Notes: generated by a model not told the origin, from the sequence alone. A DNA stretch of 32,000 bases from an uncultured Methanosarcinales archaeon (GCA_964609455.1 CAZSRD010000011.1:1-32000), one strand, 5' to 3'; counted from the stretch's first letter, positions 1 to 7,015 are shown. Translations and numbers: made by a program.

Positions 1-52
1 AGAGCAGGTAGGCCGCAAGGCCTCCAGGGTTCGAATCCCTGCCTCTCCGCCA
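1..52 (+). tRNA. 3' portion of a class II (long variable arm) tRNA, most likely tRNA-Ser; the 5' part lies upstream of the window
   Basis: Variable-arm hairpin AGGCC(10-14)/GCAA/GGCCT(19-23). T-arm CAGGG(25-29)/TTCGAAT/CCCTG(37-41). Acceptor 3' strand CCTCTCC(42-48), discriminator G49, encoded CCA 50-52. The implied 5' acceptor GGAGAGG plus G73 is typical of bacterial tRNA-Ser (tRNA-Leu normally has A73). Confidence 0.7.
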
Positions 53-117
53 GTAACATCTAATTCCCTCACAAAAGTTGTTTCTCGTCGGAAGAACAAT
101 CATTTTCAATCCCTTGT

Positions 118-223
118 AATACCCCCTGAATACTCTAAATACCCCCTAATCTGTCAAAAATTGTCAAAAATCTGTCAAAAAATTGGCAGTGTTATGTTTT
201 TCTATGTGGTAAAAATGTGGTAA
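118..223. repeat. Array of three short direct-repeat families (candidate iterons, arm-type or operator sites) upstream of the first island gene
   Basis: AATACCCCCT at 118-127 and 138-147. TGTCAAAAA at 152-160, 162-170 and 173-181 (10-11 nt phasing). ATGTGGTAA at 204-212 and 215-223 (11 nt phasing). Confidence 0.8.
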
Positions 224-236
224 GAAAGGAGCAATT

Positions 237-1133
237 ATGAAAAGAAGTAGAACGCCATTTCCATTGTTTTACAATCCGACCAAAGAACAAAAGGCTGAGA
301 AATTAAAGGCACACAACATTCTGCACAAGCATATAAAGGATAAACTATATGAGTTTGCAGATGAGCTTGCAACAGTTTCTAAATGGCTAAGGCTGACAGA
401 TAAGTCTAACGATCCACGGTTACAGAAGGAAACAGCGTGGGAGAAGTATCATAGAACAGGAAGCGATAAGTTAGAGCCCGAGTTATTAAGAAGATTAAAG
501 AATATTATAGATAATAAAAAACTTGGTGTGCAGGATGAGATAGATAAAGCACTTTATCACCGCATCAGAGACCTTAGAGCAGTCAAAGGGTGGTATCAGG
601 CTGAGGCAAAAAACTCTAAGCCTAAGACAACTATAAGTTATGCGTATGAAACAGATCTTAGTTGGCTCGTATTTGGCTCTGATGAAGGTTTAGATGTGCA
701 GGATGACCCATCCCTTAATGCTTTTATGATAGGTTTTCATTCAATAAATCAATTACAGGGCGTGAATTTTACAGAATCAAACAAACTTATAAACCCCCAC
801 GCTGAATTTAAACAATGGTGCATTGATAATGATATACCGATTCCCCAACGTAGCTTAGAAATGATTGATACTTTGTTAGAAGAACTTCGAAAAGAGGTTC
901 GTAGCATAATGAGCAGCCTTACACAGAAGCAAAAAACAGCCTTAATTCTCGTTTTAATTGAGAAAAATAGCTATGAGAAGGCAGGAAAGAAGCTCGGCGT
1001 AAGTAAAAAGACCGTATATGAGCGTCTATGGGGTAAAAATAATATAGGTGGCGCGATAAAAATAATAAAAAAGAGCGATAAATTAAAAGAAATCGCTAAA
1101 AAATTAAGATATAACCCCCACAAAACAGCATAG
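237..1133 (+). CDS. Island protein with a C-terminal sigma-70 region-4 / LuxR-like helix-turn-helix; N-terminal part unrecognised
   Basis: 298 aa ORF with RBS AAGGAG at 226-231. The C-terminal segment TQKQKTALILVLIEKNSYEKAGKKLGVSKKTVYERLWG looks like a region-4 type HTH. Confidence 0.6.
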   Translation: MKRSRTPFPLFYNPTKEQKAEKLKAHNILHKHIKDKLYEFADELATVSKWLRLTDKSNDPRLQKETAWEKYHRTGSDKLEPELLRRLKNIIDNKKLGVQDEIDKALYHRIRDLRAVKGWYQAEAKNSKPKTTISYAYETDLSWLVFGSDEGLDVQDDPSLNAFMIGFHSINQLQGVNFTESNKLINPHAEFKQWCIDNDIPIPQRSLEMIDTLLEELRKEVRSIMSSLTQKQKTALILVLIEKNSYEKAGKKLGVSKKTVYERLWGKNNIGGAIKIIKKSDKLKEIAKKLRYNPHKTA

Positions 1134-1195
1134 TGTGGCTATATGTGAGGAGACGTCTCAATAAAGGAGTAAAAACTAAAAAGAAGGGAAATGAT

Positions 1196-1414
1196 ATGAA
1201 AGACAAGCTATCGAACGACATAGCAAGGGAAGATTTCATATTTTGGAAGGAACAACAGGATACGAAACCGCGGAACAGTTTTTTGTGTTTTCGAGAGGCG
1301 ACTGCTATGTGTAGTAGGTGCCTCGAGTATTTCTACAAAGAAGAACTGCAAGATGGTATGTGCGAAGGGTGTGCAAAAACAACAAACTATAATAAGAGTA
1401 TTGGGAGAATGTAA
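1196..1414 (+). CDS. Small zinc-ribbon-like protein (72 aa from the internal ATG; the track ORF starts at GTG 1133)
   Basis: CSRC...(13 aa)...CEGC cysteine pairs. ATG 1196 is preceded by AAGGGA. The start choice is uncertain. Confidence 0.45.
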   Translation: MKDKLSNDIAREDFIFWKEQQDTKPRNSFLCFREATAMCSRCLEYFYKEELQDGMCEGCAKTTNYNKSIGRM

Positions 1415-1416
1415 AT

Positions 1417-1668
1417 ATGGATGGGGTTGTGAAGTGGTTCCATGGCAAAAAAGGTTACGGGTTTATAATAGGAGAAGATGCAAAAGATTATTTCGTATCT
1501 TTTACTGATATAGACTCTTCCGTAGGATATAAAATGTTAAATGAAGGTAATAAGGTTTTCTTTGAAGTCTCAAAACAAAATAGGCAAGAATTTAAGTATG
1601 ACAAAGCTTTAAGGGTAAAAGTCATCGACGAAACAACGAAAGAGGAAAAGAATGGCAAGCAATCTTGA
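1417..1668 (+). CDS. Cold-shock-domain (CspA-like) nucleic-acid-binding protein
   Basis: N-terminus GVVKWFHGKKGYGFI carries the RNP1-like KGYGFI motif, followed by an RNP2-like YFVSF. 83 aa. The 3' end overlaps the primase start by 17 nt. Confidence 0.8.
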   Translation: MDGVVKWFHGKKGYGFIIGEDAKDYFVSFTDIDSSVGYKMLNEGNKVFFEVSKQNRQEFKYDKALRVKVIDETTKEEKNGKQS

Positions 1669-3781
1669 TTATGCTTTAGCTTATGCTCGTAAGGGTTTAA
1701 GTGTTTTTCCGTGTAAAGGTAAAATACCTTTAACAGAGCACGGATTCAAAGATGCTACTAAGGATGAGTTTAAAATCAAAGACTGGTGGGAGAGCAGTCC
1801 AGGAGCTAATATAGGGATAGCGTGTGGTAAAGTATCAGGAATTACCGTACTGGATATAGATCCTCGTAATGGTGGGGATATAACTAATACAAGAGTAAGC
1901 AACCTTCCAAAGACACCTAAGGTAATGACAGGTGGTGGCGGGTGTCATTTATATTTTAAATACAATGGTTCAGGCAGTGGTGTAATAGATTCAGGCTTAG
2001 ATTTACAGTCAGATGGTAAGTATGTGATAGCACCACCAAGCATACACCCTGATACAAATAAAACTTATGACTGGGATGAGGAACTATCCATAGGTAAGAT
2101 TCCTTTTGCTGAAGCACAAAGTCTTAAGGCGGAACGTAAAGTTTTATCTACTTCCCCCGATGCTGACATACCTAAAGGCGGCAGAAATCACGCTCTCACA
2201 AGTCTAGCAGGAGTAATGAGACGAAAGGGTGCTTCACAAGGGGCAATTGAAGATGCCTTGATAAGAGAGAATTCAATCAGATGCAATCCTCCATTACCTG
2301 AGTATGAAGTCAAAAATATTGCAAAAAGTATATCAAGGTATGAGCCGATAGAAGACATTGCGCAGGATATAAAAACCAGTAACGGAACTAAGACCCTGTT
2401 TACGAATACAAGAAATTCAGATAAAGCAATGGATGAGCAGACAGTGGCAATGAACGGTGGAAGTTCCATCTCTGCAGAAGCTAATGATGCTAATTCATGT
2501 GTTGGGGGTCTGTCTATTACCGAACAAGGCAAGGTTAAGTTTATTTCTACTAATGTAGCGGATAGACTTGCTAAGAATAATATTATCTTCAGTGGCGGAG
2601 AGTTCTATCAGTATGAAGGCGGATGCTATAGACCTTTAAGTGAAATATTAATCACTAAAGACATTAAAAATATAATAGGTGAAGGAGCAAGCAAAAAACA
2701 ATCTGAGGAAATCATATACTGGCTGAGATCTGAAGCCCATATCAAAGAAGATGAATTAAACAGCTCTAAGTATATAAATTTGAAGAATGGGTTGTTTGAT
2801 CTTGAGACTAATGAGTTACATCCTCACACACCTGATGTCTATAGTACTATTCAATTAGATGTGAACTATAACACAGATGCTAAGTGTGATAAGTGGTTAA
2901 GGACTCTACAGGAAATCTTCAAAGGCGATGAATTTAAGATGGAGACCTTGCAAGAGTTCTTTGGGTTGTGTCTTACAAAAGATACTAAGCAGAATAAGGC
3001 TTTGATGTGTATAGGTGAAGGCAATAACGGAAAATCCGTAGCCTTGAAGACCTTAGAGGCTCTGTTAGGAAGAGAAAACTTCTCAAGTATACCATTAGAG
3101 AGATTTTGTGACCCTACTTATGTTGTGAGCCTGTTTGGTAAACTTGCTAATATCTCTATAGAGACACACGCAAAGAGTGAAGTATACGATTCAACCTTTA
3201 AAGCTATTACTTCAGGTGATTCAATACAAGCTCATAAGAAATTTAAAATGGCTTTTAGTTTTAGACCGTTTTGTAAGCTCGTATTTGCAATGAATAACCT
3301 TCCAAGAGTGGATGATAAGACCAATGCGTTCTTTAATAGGCTCTTAATCATTAAGTTTGACAGAGAGTTCAAGGAAGAAGAGCAGAACAAAACTCTTTCA
3401 CAAGAACTTCTCCAAGAACAGGATGGAATCTTCCTATGGTCGTTAGAAGGGCTTAAAAACCTCGCTGAGAGGGGCTATTTTAGGCGTAATGAGGAGATGG
3501 AAGGTGTTATCAAGGAATACCGTAGAGAGAACAATAATGTGCTTGTATTCGTAGATGAGGAGTGCCAATTAGACCCTAATGCAGAGATAGAAAAGAACAC
3601 CCTTTACTTAGGATATAAGAACTTCTGTCAGGATAATGGGTATAGAGCTTTATCCAAGAAGAGGTTTGGAATGGAAATTTCTAAGCAATACAAACAGGTG
3701 CAAGATGGGTACAATCCAGCAGGTACTAAACGAATTTGGCAAGGAATCTGCACAAACTACCGTCAATTCCGACACATTTAA
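1652..3781 (+). CDS. Bifunctional primase-polymerase (Prim-Pol N-terminal domain + PriCT-like + D5_N/P4-family helicase C-terminal domain)
   Basis: N-terminal GLSVFPC...HGFKDAT...GIACG...VLDIDPRNGG is typical of Prim-Pol. The GGRNHALTSLAGVMRRKG segment is PriCT-like. Walker A is GEGNNGKSV, with downstream P4/D5-type helicase features. RBS GAGGAAAAG lies before ATG 1652. Confidence 0.85.
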   Translation: MASNLDYALAYARKGLSVFPCKGKIPLTEHGFKDATKDEFKIKDWWESSPGANIGIACGKVSGITVLDIDPRNGGDITNTRVSNLPKTPKVMTGGGGCHLYFKYNGSGSGVIDSGLDLQSDGKYVIAPPSIHPDTNKTYDWDEELSIGKIPFAEAQSLKAERKVLSTSPDADIPKGGRNHALTSLAGVMRRKGASQGAIEDALIRENSIRCNPPLPEYEVKNIAKSISRYEPIEDIAQDIKTSNGTKTLFTNTRNSDKAMDEQTVAMNGGSSISAEANDANSCVGGLSITEQGKVKFISTNVADRLAKNNIIFSGGEFYQYEGGCYRPLSEILITKDIKNIIGEGASKKQSEEIIYWLRSEAHIKEDELNSSKYINLKNGLFDLETNELHPHTPDVYSTIQLDVNYNTDAKCDKWLRTLQEIFKGDEFKMETLQEFFGLCLTKDTKQNKALMCIGEGNNGKSVALKTLEALLGRENFSSIPLERFCDPTYVVSLFGKLANISIETHAKSEVYDSTFKAITSGDSIQAHKKFKMAFSFRPFCKLVFAMNNLPRVDDKTNAFFNRLLIIKFDREFKEEEQNKTLSQELLQEQDGIFLWSLEGLKNLAERGYFRRNEEMEGVIKEYRRENNNVLVFVDEECQLDPNAEIEKNTLYLGYKNFCQDNGYRALSKKRFGMEISKQYKQVQDGYNPAGTKRIWQGICTNYRQFRHI

Positions 3782-3786
3782 GGTTT

Positions 3787-3880
3787 TCTGACGCATCTGA
3801 CACATCCACCTTATCTAAACTCCCATATGTATATAGGGGCTACAATAGAGTAGACATGTCAGATATGTCAGAAGAGTCAG
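3787..3880. promoter_or_regulatory. Inverted arrays of TCTGAC(A) / (A)TGTCAGA half-sites around an AT-rich core; candidate operator or origin
   Basis: TCTGAC at 3787-3792 and TCTGACA at 3796-3802. On the opposite orientation, ATGTCAGA at 3856-3863 and 3865-3872, then GTCAG at 3876-3880 (9-11 nt phasing). The AT-rich CATATGTATATAG lies between them. Confidence 0.5.
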
Positions 3881-3909
3881 TGATTGTAAAAACCTAAAAA
3901 GGAGATAGT

Positions 3910-4083
3910 ATGGACATAAAGACTTACTTAGAAGGGTCAGAGGAAGTGAAGGAGTATGTTTGTGAAGACCATTGTGATATATGCGGTTTTGGACTGACTA
4001 CTAAGGAATTTGATGAACAGACTGATAGTAATAGAAAGATTTGTGATAGCTGTACCCTGAAGCAGAAATCTGCGGGGAAGTAA
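3910..4083 (+). CDS. Small (57 aa) zinc-ribbon-like protein, below the ORF-track length cutoff
   Basis: Reading the sequence gives MDIKTYLEGSEEVKEYVCEDHCDICGFGLTTKEFDEQTDSNRKICDSCTLKQKSAGK. RBS AAAAGGAG lies just upstream. Cysteine pattern is C-x3-C-x2-C ... C-x2-C. Stop TAA at 4081-4083, 11 nt before terS. Confidence 0.55.
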   Translation: MDIKTYLEGSEEVKEYVCEDHCDICGFGLTTKEFDEQTDSNRKICDSCTLKQKSAGK

Positions 4084-4094
4084 AGAGTTTCCCT

Positions 4095-4523
4095 ATGAGT
4101 AGAAAGTTAACAATAAAGCAAAGAGAGTTCATAAAGGAATACATAAAAAGCAAAGGCAACGGTACACAAGCGGTAAGGGTAGCATATCCTAATATTAAGA
4201 CAGATTTAGCAAGAAGACAAATGGCTTACAAGCTGGTAACCAAAGGTAACATAATGGATAGAGTAGATAAGGAGTTAGAGAAGGAAGGGCTGTCTAAAGA
4301 CTTTGTGGTCATTGAAACCAAAAAAGTATTAGAAGAGAGTAAGCACGCAAGAGATAAACTCACAGCACTGCGTTTACTGGGTGATATAGGTGGTTATACT
4401 AAGCCTCAAGTGCTTGTACAACAACAAGTGCCTATATTCTCACTAACACAGGATGATACAAAGCTCATCAGGGAGAAGCTAGATACTGTGGAAAGTGTTA
4501 AAGCAGAGGATATTAAAGCATAG
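4095..4523 (+). CDS. terS: Phage terminase small subunit (Terminase_2-like)
   Basis: The N-terminus LTIKQREFIKEYIKSKGNGTQAVRVAYPN....ARRQMAYKL matches the characteristic small-terminase HTH region. 142 aa. Confidence 0.75.
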   Translation: MSRKLTIKQREFIKEYIKSKGNGTQAVRVAYPNIKTDLARRQMAYKLVTKGNIMDRVDKELEKEGLSKDFVVIETKKVLEESKHARDKLTALRLLGDIGGYTKPQVLVQQQVPIFSLTQDDTKLIREKLDTVESVKAEDIKA

Positions 4524-4612
4524 TAACAGCTACTAAATAAACCCCTACCCCAAAATCAGGTCAATTCCAATAGGAAATAACAGCAGGTAAATAAACTAAT
4601 GATTGTTTAGTC

Positions 4613-4690
4613 TGTTCAGGCATACATCAGGCAAGAAAGTGGCTGAAGTCCCTGGTCATGTAGGCATAAAGTGTTCAGGGAGTGTTCAGG
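4613..4690. repeat. Three direct copies of TGTTCAGG in an otherwise non-coding stretch
   Basis: TGTTCAGG at 4613-4620, 4672-4679 and 4683-4690. Confidence 0.7.
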
Positions 4691-4846
4691 TAAAGAAAAG
4701 GGTAAAAAGAAACATGGCAAGAGACCTATACCCCCCCAGCCACCTCTTGATCTAATTATAAACACGCTCGCTAAATTGCGGCATATTTTGAAACTTCCTT
4801 TCGATAGTAAGTTATACCTTGAGATCAATAGCCGAATAAATAGAAC

Positions 4847-4876
4847 TTGTCAAAAGAGGCTATTTTATGTTATAAT
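4847..4876 (+). promoter_or_regulatory. Sigma-70-type promoter with extended -10
   Basis: TTGTCA (4847-4852), an 18 nt spacer ending in TGT, then a perfect TATAAT (4871-4876). Confidence 0.55.
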
Positions 4877-4907
4877 CGGCCATATTTTTCACTACAAAGG
4901 AGTAGTA

Positions 4908-4958
4908 ATGCATTTAGTCAGAAAATGTATATCTAGGCAACCTTATTTTATATGGTAA
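4908..4958 (+). CDS. 16-codon mini-ORF (MHLVRKCISRQPYFIW) between a strong promoter and a terminator; may be a leader peptide or part of a small RNA
   Basis: Canonical RBS AAGGAG at 4897-4902, 5 nt before ATG 4908. The stop codon lies inside the terminator hairpin. Confidence 0.3.
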   Translation: MHLVRKCISRQPYFIW

Positions 4959-4969
4959 GGTTGCTTTTT
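4937..4969 (+). terminator. Rho-independent terminator
   Basis: 9 bp stem GCAACCTTA (4937-4945) / TAAGGTTGC (4956-4964), 10 nt loop, then TTTTT (4965-4969). Confidence 0.7.
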
Positions 4970-5032
4970 ACATATATAGCAGGATAGTACTATTTTAGCT
5001 ACCTACAAATAAAGGAGAAAGGATAAAGTGAT

Positions 5033-5833
5033 ATGAAAGTAATAGGGATAGTGATAATAAGTGCACTGTTGTTGACAACAGCCAGCTTCGCAGAACCTGC
5101 AAGAAGAATAGGCCTAGAGGTAGGAGCAGAAATATCATATATGAAATATAAGGAGCCTGATATGATGGAGGAGGATGGCATGATGTATGGCGTTTCAGCC
5201 GCCTATACCTTTTTAAGAAACAAGCTTATGCTAAAAGCAGACGGCAGATTTTCATATGGACAGGTAGATTATTCATCTCCAGTATCAGGTACATTAGATA
5301 ATATAGATGATTATAATGTTGAAACTAGAATTTCCGTGGGCTATAATTATAAACCGTCGGAGAAAGCGAGTATTATACCCTATGCCGGCTTTGGATATAG
5401 GTATCTAAATGATGATACAAGCGGGATGGTTACAAGCACTGGTGCAGCGGGATATGAAAGAGAATCAAATTATCTTTATACCCCTATTGGATTAGATGCC
5501 ATGGTCGACTTAGGAAATGGATGGTCACTTGGCGCTGTAGCTGAATATGATCTTTTTTGGTATGGCATGCAAAGAAGTCATTTAGAAGATGTTGGATATG
5601 GACTTAGTACCATGGATAACGACCAAAAATCTGGTTGGGGCGCAAGAGGATCAGTAAAAATAAAGAAAAAAGGTAATAAGGTAGATTTTTTGATCGAGCC
5701 CTTTATAAGGTACTGGAATATCAAAAAATCAGAAGAAACTAATTTAACATATTATGGCTTTATTGTCGGCAAAGGATGGGAACCAAAAAATAACTCTACT
5801 GAAATCGGTGCAAAAATCGCAGTACAGTTTTAG
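5033..5833 (+). CDS. Outer-membrane beta-barrel protein (porin/OMP-like)
   Basis: Signal peptide MKVIGIVIISALLLTTASFA. Alternating aromatic/glycine-rich beta-strand pattern. C-terminal ...KIAVQF with terminal Phe, typical of BAM substrates. Strong RBS AAAGGAGAAAGGA. Confidence 0.7.
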   Translation: MKVIGIVIISALLLTTASFAEPARRIGLEVGAEISYMKYKEPDMMEEDGMMYGVSAAYTFLRNKLMLKADGRFSYGQVDYSSPVSGTLDNIDDYNVETRISVGYNYKPSEKASIIPYAGFGYRYLNDDTSGMVTSTGAAGYERESNYLYTPIGLDAMVDLGNGWSLGAVAEYDLFWYGMQRSHLEDVGYGLSTMDNDQKSGWGARGSVKIKKKGNKVDFLIEPFIRYWNIKKSEETNLTYYGFIVGKGWEPKNNSTEIGAKIAVQF

Positions 5834-5957
5834 AGAAAATAGTGCTAACTCTAGAATTTCATTAAAATATCATAACCCAGCTACAAGCTTATAGTTGTAA
5901 GATTTTTTTGTTGCCTATACTTATATTTAGTTTATTATAATTAATGTATAATATATT

Positions 5958-6134
5958 ATGTATTTTGAAAGAATTCATATAGAAGTTATGAACCGTTGTA
6001 ATTTTTCTTGCGAGTTTTGCCATTACAGTACTATGACTCGTGCTCGAGAAGATATTGATTATGCTCTTTTATGCAAAGCATTGGATGAAATATCATATCA
6101 AAACCGACAGATCTGGTCATATTGTATATTATAA
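5958..6134 (+). pseudogene. N-terminal fragment (58 codons) of a radical SAM enzyme
   Basis: Translation is MYFERIHIEVMNRCNFSCEFCHYS..., containing the CxxxCxxC cluster motif (CNFSCEFC). The ORF stops after 58 aa, and no continuation in any frame was seen downstream. Confidence 0.6.
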
Positions 6135-6280
6135 GCCAGCCCTGCTATATCCTAAATAGGTAGTATAATTTTGGTTGCAAGTCGTTATATCATGTACTAT
6201 ATGGAGTTGCAATGGAAAATGATCCAAAGTGATTATAAGTCTATATGAAAGCAATTAAAATAACATAACGTGAGGATGAA

Positions 6281-7015
6281 ATGAAATGTGAAAATAAGAA
6301 GGTTGCATTGGTTGTTGGTGGTAGCCGTGGAATTGGGCTAGCCATATCACTGAAGCTTGCTAGTTCAGGTTTTGATATAATGATGACATATCGTAGCAAT
6401 CACAATGCTGCTAAGTCTGCGAAATCAGCTATAGAGAAAACTGGAAAGAAGTGCCAGCTTTTTTGTTTTGATGTTGCCGATTATAAAGCGACCGAATCTG
6501 CCTTATCTCAGGAGGTTGAGAATAGCCCGCCCGATGTTGTTATTTATAATGCTGGTATTGCTCGGGATAATCTTATGGTTTTTATGACAAAGGAGGAGTG
6601 GGATTCCGTATTATCAACTAATTTAGATGGTTTTTATAACATAATGCACGCGGTGCTTTTTAAAATGTTAGAAGTTAAGAAAGGACGTATCATTGTTGTG
6701 TCCTCAACATCAGGAGAAATCGGTCAAGCCGGCCAAGTGAATTATTCTGCCTCAAAAGCAGGATTAATAGGTGCGGTAAAAGCATTAGCGCGTGAAGTTG
6801 GTAAGAAGAATATTTTTGTTAATGCTGTTGCACCCGGGGTTATTGAAACAGAAATGACCGATAAGCTTCCAAAAGACAAAATCCTTCCACTTATCCCGTT
6901 GCAAAGATTTGGAAATGTGGATGACGTTGCATCTGTAGTGAATTTTTTGTGTTGCGAAGAGCATATGTATATACATGGTCAGGTTATCGGTATTAATGGT
7001 GGACTAGCTATCTAA
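6281..7015 (+). CDS. fabG: 3-oxoacyl-ACP reductase (SDR family, FabG-like)
   Basis: GGSRGIG cofactor motif, NAG, and YSASKAG catalytic Tyr/Lys motif. 244 aa. First gene of the cluster. Confidence 0.85.
   Translation: MKCENKKVALVVGGSRGIGLAISLKLASSGFDIMMTYRSNHNAAKSAKSAIEKTGKKCQLFCFDVADYKATESALSQEVENSPPDVVIYNAGIARDNLMVFMTKEEWDSVLSTNLDGFYNIMHAVLFKMLEVKKGRIIVVSSTSGEIGQAGQVNYSASKAGLIGAVKALAREVGKKNIFVNAVAPGVIETEMTDKLPKDKILPLIPLQRFGNVDDVASVVNFLCCEEHMYIHGQVIGINGGLAI

Larger units (their letters stand above)
53..4530 (+). mobile_element. Integrase-less phage-satellite-like / cryptic prophage remnant abutting the tRNA 3' end
   Basis: Starts directly after a tRNA 3' end, a classic island target. Contains a Prim-Pol/D5 primase-helicase, a small terminase subunit without large terminase, portal or capsid genes, and short-repeat arrays. 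No integrase or second att copy was seen; the right boundary is approximate. Confidence 0.5.

Noticed and set aside
118-223. Possibility that the short repeats are a CRISPR array
   Set aside because: The repeats are only 9-10 nt with 1-11 nt spacing and belong to three different families. There is nothing like 25-40 nt repeats separated by unique spacers anywhere in the window.
4616-4958. ORFs 4671-4958 (+, 95 aa) and 4616-4828 (-, 70 aa) in the junction region
   Set aside because: They overlap each other and are compositionally odd (Lys/Gly/Pro runs). They lack an RBS, and the + ORF runs through a good promoter. Only its last 16 codons (from ATG 4908, with a perfect RBS) are retained as a candidate mini-ORF.
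5882-5909. Possible terminator after the OMP gene (TACAA/TTGTA stem followed by a T7 run)
   Set aside because: The stem is only 5 AT-rich base pairs, which is not enough for a confident intrinsic terminator call.
4524-6280. Search by eye for an attR copy of the tRNA 3' end (for example GGTTCGAATCCCTGCCTCTCCGCCA or parts of it)
   Set aside because: No convincing match was found; only trivial 6-7 nt similarities such as GTCCCTG at ~4649. A computational repeat search is needed, so the island boundary is left open.
6135-6280. Promoter for the cluster (TTGCAA at 6175-6180 with TATATG 17 nt downstream; TATAAT at 6164-6169; GTTGCAA repeated at ~6174 and ~6205; sigma-54 check)
   Set aside because: None of the candidates has both hexamers at proper spacing. 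The GG/GC spacing does not fit a sigma-54 -24/-12 element. The evidence is too weak to report as a feature.
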